In this document: piece after piece, positions 39,362 through 49,325 of the stretch | Layout of the letters: every line of letters begins with the position of its first letter | How positions within the stretch are numbered: position 1 is the first letter of the stretch | DNA from: an uncultured Dehalococcoidia bacterium | GTDB taxonomy: Bacteria; Chloroflexota; Dehalococcoidia; Lucifugimonadales; UBA3495 | Direction of reading: 5' to 3' | Assembly: GCA_950072105.1 (NCBI GenBank) | Contig: CATMOE010000001.1 | Coordinates: forward strand, 32,001 to 96,000 | DNA length: 64,000 nucleotides | Made by a program: the position numbers and the translations under genes | Notes under the pieces: generated by a model | Databases searched by the model: none | Told to the model about the DNA's origin: nothing | Seen by the model: only the letters and a program-made list of their open reading frames with translations

Positions 39362-42300
39362 ATGCCGCTCTCCCAATTCCATCCCATCATCCAAGAGTGG
39401 TTCCAAAGCCGGTTTCAGGGGCCCACCGAGGCCCAGGCAGCCGGCTGGCCGGCCATCGCCCAGGGCAAACATACTCTGATCTCGGCGCCCACGGGTTCGG
39501 GTAAAACCCTAGCCGCCTTCCTGACCTGCATCGATCAATTGGTGCGCCAGGGCATAACGGAGGAATTACCCGACGCCACCCAGGTGGTCTACGTTTCGCC
39601 CTTGAAGGCCTTGTCCAACGATATAAAGAAGAACCTGGCCGTTCCGCTGGAAGAGATAACCGCCCTAGCCGAACAGCGGGGCACTCCCATTCCGGAGATC
39701 CGAACCGGGGTGCGCACCGGGGACACCACAGCTTCAGAGCGGGCACGGATGGCCAAGCGGCCTCCCCACATACTGATTACTACCCCAGAGTCCCTCTACA
39801 TCTTGCTGACGTCGGAAAGTGGCCGGCGGGGCCTCAGATCGGTCAAAACCCTCATTCTCGACGAGATTCACGCCGTGGCTGACGATAAACGCGGCTCGCA
39901 CCTGTCCCTGTCCGTGGAGCGCCTTTGCGCGCTGGCCGAAGGCCCCGTGGCCCGCATCGGTCTCTCCGCCACCCAGCGCCCCATCGAAGAAGTGGCTCGA
40001 TTCTTGGTCGGAAACCCGGAGATCGACGCCGAAGGAACACCCAACTGCTTGATCGTCGACACCGGACGCGCCCGGACCGTGGACCTAGCAATCCAGTTAC
40101 CCCAGTTGGAGATGGGCCCTATCGCCACCCACGAGCTCTGGGCAGATACGTTGGACGCTATCACTCGACTAGTGGAGGAGCACAAGACGACTCTGGTCTT
40201 TGTGAACACCAGGCGGTTGGTCGAGAGGGTTTCCCATCAGCTTTCCGAAAGGATGGGGGATGACGCCGTGGTGGCCCACCACGGCAGCCTGTCCCGGGCC
40301 ACTCGTCTGGCCGCCGAGGAGAAACTGAAGTACGGCCAAGTCAAGGTTTGCGTAGCCACGGCCTCCCTGGAATTGGGCATCGACATCGGAGACGTGGAAC
40401 TAGTCTGCCAGATCGGCTCGCCCCGTTCCATCGGCCTACTACTCCAGCGCATCGGAAGGTCAGGGCACACCGTTGGGGGAACCCCCAAAGGACGGCTTTT
40501 CCCCTTGACCCGGGACGAACTGGTTGAGTGCGCCGCCCTGGCCAGGGGAATAGCCCAGGGTAATCTGGACGCATTGAAGATTCCGCCCTGGCCTCTGGAC
40601 ATCTTGGGACAGCAGATGGTAGCGGCCTGCGCCGCCGAGGACTGGGGCGAAGACGCGCTGTTCGAGCTTTGCCGCAAAGCCTACCCATATCGCGACCTGC
40701 CCAGGGAAAAGTTCGACGACGTCGTGGATATCCTGTCGCAGGGGTTCGCTCCCAGGCAAGGGCGGAACGGCGCGCTCCTGCACCGGAACGGCGTGAACCA
40801 CCTGCTAAAAGGGCGGCGCGGGGCCCGCATAACCGCCCTGACCAGCGGCGGCGCCATCCCGGACAACGCTGATTACGACGTTATCGCGGAACCCGAAGAG
40901 ACTTTCGTCGGCACGGTCAACGAGGACTTTGCCATAGAGAGCGTGGCCGGAGATATTTTCCTGTTGGGCAACACGCCCTGGAAGATTCGCCGGGTGGAGA
41001 GAGGCCGAGTGCGGGTTGAAGACGCCCAGGGTCAGTCGCCCACGATCCCCTTCTGGCTAGGGGAGGCCCCAAGTAGGACCTGGGAGCTATCAGAAGAAGT
41101 TAGCTATTTGCGAGAGGGAGTAGATCAACGGTTGGAGCACCCGCCGGAGGCCGAGGAATGGCTGATGGAGGGATCCAAGATCTCCCAGGAAGCCGCTCGG
41201 CAGATCGTCGCCTACATCGTTGAGGGTAAGAAAGTCTTGGGCATTGTGCCTACGGCAAACCGCATCGTCGCCGAGCGGTTCTTCGACGAAAGCGGGGGGA
41301 TGCAGTTGGTGATCCACGCTCCCTTGGGCGCCGCCATCAACCGGGCATGGGGAATGGCCCTGCGAAAGCGTATCTGCCGCACTTTCGACTTCGAACTTCA
41401 GGCATCGGCCACCGACGACGGCCTGAACTTCTCTCTGGGCCCTAGCATGTCGTTCCCGGTTACCGACGTGTTCAGCTATCTAACGTCCAAAACCGTGGAA
41501 GACGTATTGCTTCAAGCGGTGCTGCAGGCTCCACTGTTTGGGACGCGGTTCCGCTGGAACGCGACCAGGTTCTTGGCCTTGCTCCGCCATATGGGAGGCC
41601 GCCGGGTCCCCGCGCCGATACAACGCATGAGGTCCGACGACTTGCTGGCGGGAGTTTTCCCCGCCCAGGTTGCCTGCCAGGACAACGCCATGCCGGGAGA
41701 TATCGAGCCACCCGACCATCCCTTGGTTTTCGAAACTATCCGCGACTGCCTGACCGAAGCCATGGACATAGAAGGCCATAAGGGGGTGTTGGCGCGAATC
41801 GAGAACGGCGAGATTGAGATCTACGGCAGAGAAACGGTCCAGCCCTCGGTTTTTGCCCACCAGATATTAAACGCCATGCCCTACGCCTTCCTTGACGACG
41901 CCCCCTTGGAAGAACGGAGGGCCCGCGCCGTGTCGCTGCGCCGGGCGCTGCCCGATGACTCCCGCGACCTGGCTTCGCTGGATCCGGCGGCCATCCAAAA
42001 AGAATCGGACAACGCTTGGCCGCGAATCCGCGACGCTGATGAACTCCACGACGCGTTACTCAGCCTGGGGATACTGCCGGAAAAGATCGCCCTGAAAAAC
42101 GGCCGGGACACGGGTTCTCAGGAAATCACTCAGTGGTTCCAAGATTTGGCGAGCGTCGGCCGGGCCTACCGGCTGATCAGAGATGATAACGGCGCGGTTT
42201 GGGTGGCGACGGAGAAGCTAGCGGCATACGCAGCCGCCTTCCCAGATTCAGAGTTAACCGCCCAACTCCCTATCTCCGTGGAACCGCATGCCGAATCGTC

Positions 42301-43714
42301 ACAAGAGGAAGCGATCCTCGATCTAGTCCGTGGCTGGGCCGAGGCTTTGGGTCCGTTCACCGCCGAAGAAATGCGCGAGACCTTAGGGATGTCTCTTTCC
42401 GCAGTGAACATAGCTCTGGCCCAGATGGAGAACGAAGGCGTAGTGCTTCGAGGTAGTTTCCGGCCCGGCGTGACTCAAGAGGAATTTTGCGACCGGCGCA
42501 TCTTGGCCAGGATTCATCGTTCGACCATCAACGGCCTGCGCCGGGAGATTGAGCCGGTCTCCCAATCCAACTTCTTGCGTTTCCTGTTTCGATGGCAGCA
42601 CGTCGGCCAAAGCTCCCAAGTCAGCGGCGAGGGCGGTTTGCTCGACGTGATCGAGATGCTCCAAGGATTCGAAGCAGCGGCGGGCGCCATCGAACCCGAA
42701 CTACTTTCTTGCCGGGTCATGGAATACCAACCCTTCTTGCTGGACCGCCTGTGCGTCGGTGGGGAAGTCGTCTGGGGACGTCTATCCCGCAACTCGGGGA
42801 AAAGCAAATCCAACGGCAACGGAGAGTCCCATCGTTCGACACCCTTGACCCGGGCCACTCCCATAACGCTGGCCCTTCGCGAGTCCTTGGATTGGCTACT
42901 AGACCCACTCCCTCAGAACGGCTCCGGACATCCCGGAGCGGCTGCGGAAGTGCTAGACGTTCTGTCTAGAAAGGGAGCTTGTTTTATTTCCGACATCGTC
43001 GCCACAACCCGCCGTCTACCTTCGGACGTGGAGGAGACCCTGTGGCTTTTGGCCGCCGATGGCCGGGTCACTTCCGATAGCTTGGAAGGTCTCAGGATGC
43101 GGATCAACGGCACGCCAAACCGGAGCCGCCGCGATCCAAGAAGAAAACGCGCCCGGCCCTACCGCCGGGGTGGCTTCAGCCGATGGTCCCGATTGGAACC
43201 GGTAGACCCGGAACCGGAGACCGCCGAATCCAAGGCTCACCAACTCCTGCTGCGGTATGGAGTGGTGTTCCCGGAACTTCTGGCCCGGGAACCCATGGCC
43301 CCCAGTTGGCGAGAATTGGTTCGGACCTATCGACGTTTGGAAGCCCGGGGCGAGATCAGAGGAGGCCGGTTTGTGGCTGGGTTTGTGGGAGAGCAGTTCG
43401 CCATGCCTGAAGCGGTGGAATCCCTTCGGGCGGTCAACAAAGACCAGTCCAGAGGGCACATGGAGGTGGTTTCCGCCTGCGACCCCTTAAACCTGGTGGG
43501 CATCCTGACTCCGGGTGAGAGAGTGCCCGCGATTCTGGGGAACAAGGCCGTGTTCAGAGACGGCGTACCGGTAGCGTCCCTGGAGAATGGGAAAGTGGTC
43601 GACCGTTCCGGGGCGGATCAAGCTGTTTTGGCCCAGGCTTATGCCCTGTTGCGGCGTTCACCGGTGGAAACCCAGACGGAGCCGTACCGCCGGGTAGCCG
43701 CCAGGGCTATCTAG
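39362..43714 (+). CDS. lhr: Long Lhr-family SF2 helicase with C-terminal winged-helix/AlkZ-like region
   Basis: APTGSGKT, TTPESLY, DEIH, LSAT, HHGSLS, SLELGIDIG, QRIGRSGH; C-terminal LEARGEIRGGRFV...EQFA, DPLNL. Confidence 0.93.
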   Translation: MPLSQFHPIIQEWFQSRFQGPTEAQAAGWPAIAQGKHTLISAPTGSGKTLAAFLTCIDQLVRQGITEELPDATQVVYVSPLKALSNDIKKNLAVPLEEITALAEQRGTPIPEIRTGVRTGDTTASERARMAKRPPHILITTPESLYILLTSESGRRGLRSVKTLILDEIHAVADDKRGSHLSLSVERLCALAEGPVARIGLSATQRPIEEVARFLVGNPEIDAEGTPNCLIVDTGRARTVDLAIQLPQLEMGPIATHELWADTLDAITRLVEEHKTTLVFVNTRRLVERVSHQLSERMGDDAVVAHHGSLSRATRLAAEEKLKYGQVKVCVATASLELGIDIGDVELVCQIGSPRSIGLLLQRIGRSGHTVGGTPKGRLFPLTRDELVECAALARGIAQGNLDALKIPPWPLDILGQQMVAACAAEDWGEDALFELCRKAYPYRDLPREKFDDVVDILSQGFAPRQGRNGALLHRNGVNHLLKGRRGARITALTSGGAIPDNADYDVIAEPEETFVGTVNEDFAIESVAGDIFLLGNTPWKIRRVERGRVRVEDAQGQSPTIPFWLGEAPSRTWELSEEVSYLREGVDQRLEHPPEAEEWLMEGSKISQEAARQIVAYIVEGKKVLGIVPTANRIVAERFFDESGGMQLVIHAPLGAAINRAWGMALRKRICRTFDFELQASATDDGLNFSLGPSMSFPVTDVFSYLTSKTVEDVLLQAVLQAPLFGTRFRWNATRFLALLRHMGGRRVPAPIQRMRSDDLLAGVFPAQVACQDNAMPGDIEPPDHPLVFETIRDCLTEAMDIEGHKGVLARIENGEIEIYGRETVQPSVFAHQILNAMPYAFLDDAPLEERRARAVSLRRALPDDSRDLASLDPAAIQKESDNAWPRIRDADELHDALLSLGILPEKIALKNGRDTGSQEITQWFQDLASVGRAYRLIRDDNGAVWVATEKLAAYAAAFPDSELTAQLPISVEPHAESSQEEAILDLVRGWAEALGPFTAEEMRETLGMSLSAVNIALAQMENEGVVLRGSFRPGVTQEEFCDRRILARIHRSTINGLRREIEPVSQSNFLRFLFRWQHVGQSSQVSGEGGLLDVIEMLQGFEAAAGAIEPELLSCRVMEYQPFLLDRLCVGGEVVWGRLSRNSGKSKSNGNGESHRSTPLTRATPITLALRESLDWLLDPLPQNGSGHPGAAAEVLDVLSRKGACFISDIVATTRRLPSDVEETLWLLAADGRVTSDSLEGLRMRINGTPNRSRRDPRRKRARPYRRGGFSRWSRLEPVDPEPETAESKAHQLLLRYGVVFPELLAREPMAPSWRELVRTYRRLEARGEIRGGRFVAGFVGEQFAMPEAVESLRAVNKDQSRGHMEVVSACDPLNLVGILTPGERVPAILGNKAVFRDGVPVASLENGKVVDRSGADQAVLAQAYALLRRSPVETQTEPYRRVAARAI

Positions 43715-43741
43715 CACCTCGTTCCTGGCAAATAGCCGCCG

Positions 43742-44620
43742 CTAACAGTTGCCGCCCCTAATGGTCTCGTCGCGGCGTCTGGCATGGATGTCCTCCGGGG
43801 TGATTACCCCGTCCGCCTGGTCAACCCGCCACACCCTGTATTGAATCTCGTCATCATCCTTCACCACGTACCGGTCCGATACCGGGTCCAGCACCGCCTT
43901 AAAATCGTTCAATTCGGCACTGGGGAAGCACTTAACCAAGTAAGACCAAAGGGTGGCCACTGCGTCAGTAGTACTGGGAACGATGGGCGTTGCCGTGGGA
44001 ATCGGCGTCAACGTCGGCGTCGGCCTTGGCGTTCGAGTAGGCGTCGGTGGCGGCGATGCCGTTGGCGTAGGGGTTGTCGGCAACACTCCCAGTCCGGCAA
44101 CCGGGTCGCATCCGGTTTCCACGTAGGGTTGCCATTTGCGGGCGGTCACGTCATGGGGGAACAACTTACCGGTGGCTGATTCTATTCGCCAGATGCCGAA
44201 GAAAAACTTCTTCGCGTCCGGCGCTTGCACATACCAGTCATTTTCAACTTCATAAGCCGCCAGTTGAGACGGGTTAAACGGGGTACACCGGCTCAGGTAG
44301 ACCCAGGCCACGTTGCGCGCTTCCAACTCGGATTGCACCGCCCCGCCTGCCGGCGGCAGGGCCAACTGAGATGGCGCCCTGGCAACGGTCGGCCTGATCG
44401 TGGCCGCGGGCGCCACTGTAGCTGGGATGGTAAATGCCGCTACCGGCGGTCGGAGTCTAGGTCTTGAGGTTGGCGTTGGGATGGGGACATCGGTGGGAGT
44501 TGGGTCGAGAATGACAGCAACCCCCGGAGTGATGGTGGGCAAACGCGTTGGCGTGGGGCTCTCACCGCAGGCCAAAGGCAGCAAAAAACCTAGGGGCGCC
44601 AGAAGGAAAAGCTTACCCAC
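43742..44620 (-). CDS. Hypothetical lipoprotein with Pro/Thr linkers and two homologous ~75-aa Cys-pair domains
   Basis: GTG start at 44620, lipobox PLAC, PT-rich stalks, repeated A..W.YL..C...W(R)..+..G...P.D..AR......C. Confidence 0.7.
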   Translation of the reverse strand: MGKLFLLAPLGFLLPLACGESPTPTRLPTITPGVAVILDPTPTDVPIPTPTSRPRLRPPVAAFTIPATVAPAATIRPTVARAPSQLALPPAGGAVQSELEARNVAWVYLSRCTPFNPSQLAAYEVENDWYVQAPDAKKFFFGIWRIESATGKLFPHDVTARKWQPYVETGCDPVAGLGVLPTTPTPTASPPPTPTRTPRPTPTLTPIPTATPIVPSTTDAVATLWSYLVKCFPSAELNDFKAVLDPVSDRYVVKDDDEIQYRVWRVDQADGVITPEDIHARRRDETIRGGNC

Positions 44621-44826
44621 TTCCTCGCCGCTTTTCGAAGTAACTCGTCGATGTAACACCGCGATGTTACGCCTAAAAGTCCGTCCGGGCTCCCACTCTA
44701 ACCGATATGGGAAAGCCAAACAAGGCGAGTGATGCGCGGTTCCGGAGCGTTACGGCAATCTTCAAGCGAAGGCCCGCAAACCTATGGTACCGACAGGCTA
44801 GGCCAGCTTAAGAGCCGGTCTATTCC

Positions 44827-45741
44827 TTAAAGCAACCCGCCGATAGTCAGCCAGTAAAAGACGATGTAAGCACCCGCGATCACCATCAACCAAGAACCGA
44901 TGGGCTGGATGTAGGGTAGGGCCTTACGCACCGATTTAACCATGGCGCCCTTGGCAAAGGCCATGCCTATGGTCAAGCCCAAGATCACCACGCCCATTCC
45001 CAAGCCGTAGAGCAGGAACTGACCCAGGGAAACCAGCAGGCTGGAAACCGCAAAGCTGGAGATCCCCACCACCGCCAAGAAGATTGGCAGAGTACAGCTT
45101 AAAGACGCGGTGCCATAGCTCAACCCAAACAGGAAGTAACCCTTAGGGCTCGCCTGGTTGGGGTCGCCGATATGCGAAGCAGCCCGGGCCGCGATACCCG
45201 AATACATCTTGCCACCGCCCACCATCCAGGACCCGGTGATCGCCAGGGCGATGCCGATGGCCAGGCCCAGCCAGGGCAGGATCCCGACCACAACTGTGCG
45301 GGCGCCCAGGTTGATGAGGGTGCCGGTAGTTCCAAATAGTACGATAAACCCGGCGGTGACGGACCCTCCCACCAGCAGCGCCTTGCCCAGACGGCGGCCT
45401 GTTTTCATTGTCACGTCGCCTTGCTCTCCGTCGCCCAGGTATAGGCCCAGGTAGGCCGGAAGCATGGCAAAACCACAGGGATTAACCGCCGAGGCCATCC
45501 CAGCGGCGAACGCGAATCCCAGGGGCGCAAGGAGCCCCAGATCGCCCAATATGGAACTAGAGCCGCCGGAAAGAGACTCGACGAATCCGTTGACACCGTC
45601 GATGCCGCTGTCTTTTCCGATGATGAGAGCTCCCACATACGCAACAGCCAAGGCAACGGCGGCAATCAAGCCTGGCAATAGCAGGCTTCGCAGCACCTGG
45701 ATATGGTTCGTGGACGTAGACATGTCAGTTGACGAGGCCAT
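44827..45741 (-). CDS. CcdA/DsbD-family transmembrane disulfide electron transporter
   Basis: NPCGFAMLPAY and SLSCTLP conserved Cys; multiple TMs. Confidence 0.9.
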   Translation of the reverse strand: MASSTDMSTSTNHIQVLRSLLLPGLIAAVALAVAYVGALIIGKDSGIDGVNGFVESLSGGSSSILGDLGLLAPLGFAFAAGMASAVNPCGFAMLPAYLGLYLGDGEQGDVTMKTGRRLGKALLVGGSVTAGFIVLFGTTGTLINLGARTVVVGILPWLGLAIGIALAITGSWMVGGGKMYSGIAARAASHIGDPNQASPKGYFLFGLSYGTASLSCTLPIFLAVVGISSFAVSSLLVSLGQFLLYGLGMGVVILGLTIGMAFAKGAMVKSVRKALPYIQPIGSWLMVIAGAYIVFYWLTIGGLL

Positions 45742-45814
45742 TGAGTTTTCTCCCAAATACAAGCAGTTGGCTTTGATGGTTTTTTTATCGGCGTCCGACT
45801 AAAGAATCGTAAAG

Positions 45815-46408
45815 CTAATAATTCAAGGCGGCCGACTCCAGTTCCAACATTTCGTTCGTGACCTTGGTCAACACTTCATTGTTCAGGACCCCGCCCCAAT
45901 GGCGAAATGTTTTACCTTTAGAGTCGATGAAAACCGTAGTCGGCATTCCCAGAATCTTGTAATCGCGCATGACACCGGCGTCGTTGGTGAAACCGGCAGG
46001 GTAAGTTACATTCAATTCTTCAAGTAACGCTTTTGCGGATTCCTGGTTCCCCAGTCCGGAAAATTGCCCCACGTCGATACCCAGCAGATTCACGCGGTCT
46101 TTGTTTTCTTCGTAGAATTCCTGGAGGTCGGGCATCTCGGCGCGGCATGGGGGACAGAGTCCGGCCCAGAAATTGAGCACCAATGGCTTGCCCTGGAGGC
46201 TGCTGACCGTGAGGTTACCTTCACCCAGCACGTCGGCTCCTTGATAAAGAATGAACGACAGATCTTGCGCTAACTTTTCGCTGGCCGGATTGCCGCCGCT
46301 GGAAACTCCAGGGTCCGCTGCACCGCTACAGGCGGCCAGCAGTACCGCCAATACGGTTGCCGCGGTGACCCACCGGCTGCGCCAAGCATTTCGAATCATG
46401 TTCCGCAT
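45815..46408 (-). CDS. TlpA/ResA-like thiol-disulfide reductase lipoprotein
   Basis: Lipobox LAAC; LNFWAGLCPPCRAEMP; GMPTTVFID. Confidence 0.9.
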   Translation of the reverse strand: MRNMIRNAWRSRWVTAATVLAVLLAACSGAADPGVSSGGNPASEKLAQDLSFILYQGADVLGEGNLTVSSLQGKPLVLNFWAGLCPPCRAEMPDLQEFYEENKDRVNLLGIDVGQFSGLGNQESAKALLEELNVTYPAGFTNDAGVMRDYKILGMPTTVFIDSKGKTFRHWGGVLNNEVLTKVTNEMLELESAALNY

Positions 46409-46780
46409 GTTAAATCTCCAAGTGCCAGGCTGGGCCGGCACATCGATATTCTGTCTAAGCGGCTTAAAGCTGATACATCCCATGCTAACACGAGGCCAAT
46501 CCTAGCTTCCAAGACGACCGCCGTAGATCAAAGCACAGGACCCGGGCCACGGGACCATCCTTGAGCATCAACCACTTCATAATCACAGTATTTACGTTTC
46601 CACCGGTCTAAAGGATGTCCACCAACCACCGTTCGGTATTTCGCTCGTTGGCGGGAATCTGCCGCATCAGGTTCGTTACCGCTTCAGGGTGCTCTCCCCT
46701 GCAATCATTGGATGCCCTCCGCCGGAAGGAGATTCTATCGGACTGGAATGGGACTTCGCCGGCCGGGCGGAAAGTGGCAT

Positions 46781-46810
46781 AAAAAAGGGGAGGGCATAAG
46801 CCCTCCCCTT
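46781..46810 (-). terminator. Intrinsic terminator of the Mo-enzyme gene
   Basis: AAGGGGAGGGC-TTAT-GCCCTCCCC-TTTTTT on the minus strand, 17 nt after the stop. Confidence 0.8.
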
Positions 46811-46827
46811 AGTAGGCGATGGAGACG

Positions 46828-49134
46828 CTACTTTTTGTCCCAGAGGGCTTCCAGGATATTCCCGGGCGACATGGGAAGTTTGCCCATGCGAACGCCCACG
46901 GCGTTGTGGATGGCGTTGGCGATGGCCGCCATGGGCGGTACGATGCATACCTCGCCCACCCCTCTCACCCCGTAGGGATGGGTGGGGTTGGCCACTTCCA
47001 CAATCACCGTGTCGATCATCGGCAGGTCCAGACTGGTGGGCATGCGGTAATCCAGGAAGCTGGCATTGGCCATCTGGCCCTGATCGTCAAAGAAGTACTC
47101 CTCGTTCAATGCCCAGCCGATCCCCTGGACCGCTCCCCCCTGTAACTGCCCTTCCACGTAGCTGGGGTGGATGGCCTTTCCAACGTCCTGTAGCGCGGTG
47201 TACCGGAGGATATCCACTTTGCCGGTCTCAGGGTCTACCTCCACGTCTACGATGTGTACCGCAAAGCCAGGACCAGCGCCAGTGGGGTTTACGTTGGCGT
47301 TGCCGACAATGGGGCCCCCCGTGCCGTTCAATCGGCCGGCAAGCTGCTTAAAGGTGAATTTCAACTCGGGGTCCGACTTGTGGGCTATCACTCCACCGGT
47401 GTAGTCAACGTCGTCAACGGCAACGTCCCAGATCTTGGCGGCCCGCTCGATCATTTGCCGGCGAATGTCATGGGCCGCTTCGTAACAAGCCCAGCCGGTT
47501 TTGAAAGCGACGCCACTGCCCCCGGTCATGGAGGTAAATCCCACCGAGTCCGTGTCGCCCACCTGGGGATTCACGTCTTCGGCAGCGATGCCCAGAACTT
47601 CGGCAAGCTGCATGGCCACCGCCGTCCGGCTGCCGCCGATGTCCGGCGACCCCTCCACCAAACTAACGGTCCCGTCGGCCAGCACGCTGGCAGTGGCGCT
47701 TGACGGCCCAGTGCCGTTGAACCAGAAACCGCTGGCCACGCCCCGGCCCCGGTTGGGACCTTCCAGTTTAGTCGAATAGTGATCGTGGTCACGGGCGGCC
47801 TGGACCGTCTCCAGGTAGCCGATACGCGGGTTGATGGGACCGGTCACCCGGCGGGTCCCCTCTTTGGCCCCGTTTAGCAACCGGAAATCCAGCGGGTCCA
47901 TGCCCAGCTTCTCGCAGATCTCGTCGATGACGGTTTCCACGGCGAAGGCCGCCGCCGGCGAGCCAGGCGCCCGGTAGGCGGCGGTTTTTGGCTTGTTCAG
48001 AACTACGTCGTAACCTTCGATGCGGCCGTTGGGAATATCGTAGGAGGCCAACATGCACTGGCTGCCCGCGCTGACCGGGGAGCCGGGAAATGCGCCTGCT
48101 TCATAGGCCAAGGTGGCGTCGGCGGCGGTGATTCGCCCGTCTTTGGTCACGCCCATCTTTACCCGCATGTAGCCGCCCGACGTAGGGCCGGTCCCTTGGA
48201 ACACTTCGGACCGGTTCATGGTGACCTTAACCGGATGCCCCGTCTTTTTGGCCAGCAATGCGGTTACCGGCTCAAGATAAACCAAGGTCTTGCCCCCAAA
48301 GCCCCCGCCGATCTCCATTTGGACCACCTTGATGTTGGACACAGGGACACCCAGGATCTGGGATGTCTGGTCCCGGACGTTGAAGTGACCCTGGCTGCTG
48401 CACCAGATGGTCATCTTGCCGTCGGCGTTCCACAGAACGGTGGCGGCGTGGGGCTCGATGTAACCCTGGTGCACCGACGCGGTGCGGAATTCCCGCTCCA
48501 CCACCAGATCGGCTTCTTGGAACCCTTTGTCCAGGTCACCCAGCTCGAAGAAGAAGTGGTTGGCCACGTTAGTCGCTTTGCCGTCGTCATCCTCGGACCG
48601 TAGTCCGCCGGGACGGATATTGACGTTGGTGACGTTGGCCAGCCGCTCGTGCAGGATCGGGGCGTCGTCTTTCATCGCATCTAGTACGTCGACCACGGCA
48701 GGCAATACCTCGTAGTCCACGTCGATCAGCGCCAATGCTGCTTCGGCGATGTGGCCGGAGGTGGCCGCCAGTGCCGCCACGGCGTGACCTTTGTAGAGCG
48801 CTTTTTCGGTGGCCATGCAGTTGTTGCTGAGGAACCTGGTATTGGTCATGGCCCCCTCGCCCAGGTCCATGACCCTCCCCGCGTGGTCCGGCATGTCGGC
48901 ACCGGTCACCACCGCCATGACGCCGGGGAGCGCCAGGGCCCGGCTGGGGTCGATTCCCTTGATGCGGGCATGGGCATGTGGGCTGCGCAGTATCCGGCCG
49001 TGGAGCATCCCGGGCAGATGTATGTCGGCCCCGTATTGGGCTTGCCCAGTGACTTTTTCCGTTCCATCGTGGCGGATGGGCCTGGTGCCCACCACATTAA
49101 ATTTCTCAGTTGCTAATACTATATTCGAAGCCAT
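46828..49134 (-). CDS. Xanthine dehydrogenase family molybdopterin-binding (large) subunit
   Basis: ILRSPHAHARI, HQGYIEPH, GGGFGGK, AYRAPG, EGQLQGGAVQGIG, RGVGE. Confidence 0.92.
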   Translation of the reverse strand: MASNIVLATEKFNVVGTRPIRHDGTEKVTGQAQYGADIHLPGMLHGRILRSPHAHARIKGIDPSRALALPGVMAVVTGADMPDHAGRVMDLGEGAMTNTRFLSNNCMATEKALYKGHAVAALAATSGHIAEAALALIDVDYEVLPAVVDVLDAMKDDAPILHERLANVTNVNIRPGGLRSEDDDGKATNVANHFFFELGDLDKGFQEADLVVEREFRTASVHQGYIEPHAATVLWNADGKMTIWCSSQGHFNVRDQTSQILGVPVSNIKVVQMEIGGGFGGKTLVYLEPVTALLAKKTGHPVKVTMNRSEVFQGTGPTSGGYMRVKMGVTKDGRITAADATLAYEAGAFPGSPVSAGSQCMLASYDIPNGRIEGYDVVLNKPKTAAYRAPGSPAAAFAVETVIDEICEKLGMDPLDFRLLNGAKEGTRRVTGPINPRIGYLETVQAARDHDHYSTKLEGPNRGRGVASGFWFNGTGPSSATASVLADGTVSLVEGSPDIGGSRTAVAMQLAEVLGIAAEDVNPQVGDTDSVGFTSMTGGSGVAFKTGWACYEAAHDIRRQMIERAAKIWDVAVDDVDYTGGVIAHKSDPELKFTFKQLAGRLNGTGGPIVGNANVNPTGAGPGFAVHIVDVEVDPETGKVDILRYTALQDVGKAIHPSYVEGQLQGGAVQGIGWALNEEYFFDDQGQMANASFLDYRMPTSLDLPMIDTVIVEVANPTHPYGVRGVGEVCIVPPMAAIANAIHNAVGVRMGKLPMSPGNILEALWDKK

Positions 49135-49242
49135 CGGTTTTTCCCTCCATCATCCGGTCCACTCCCGGACCGGTGACAAGATTTTACCATGCTGGGAGAA
49201 ACAGATGGGCCTTATCCTGATAAGCAGCCACGAACCGGAGCG

Positions 49243-49271
49243 TTGCCAGCCTGATATGCCAATCTTATAAT
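49243..49271 (+). promoter_or_regulatory. Sigma70-type promoter
   Basis: TTGCCA-17 nt-TATAAT, about 55 nt upstream of the LLM gene. Confidence 0.6.
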
Positions 49272-49325
49272 GGCGGCGGCTAGGCGAACGCAAGCAGTGG
49301 CCGATATTTCCCTAAGGAGTAGGAC

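Noticed and set aside
44745..44815. c-di-GMP-I riboswitch-like GGCAA...CGCAAA pattern
   Set aside because: Lacks the GAAA tetraloop and receptor, and lies on the strand opposite the flanking genes.
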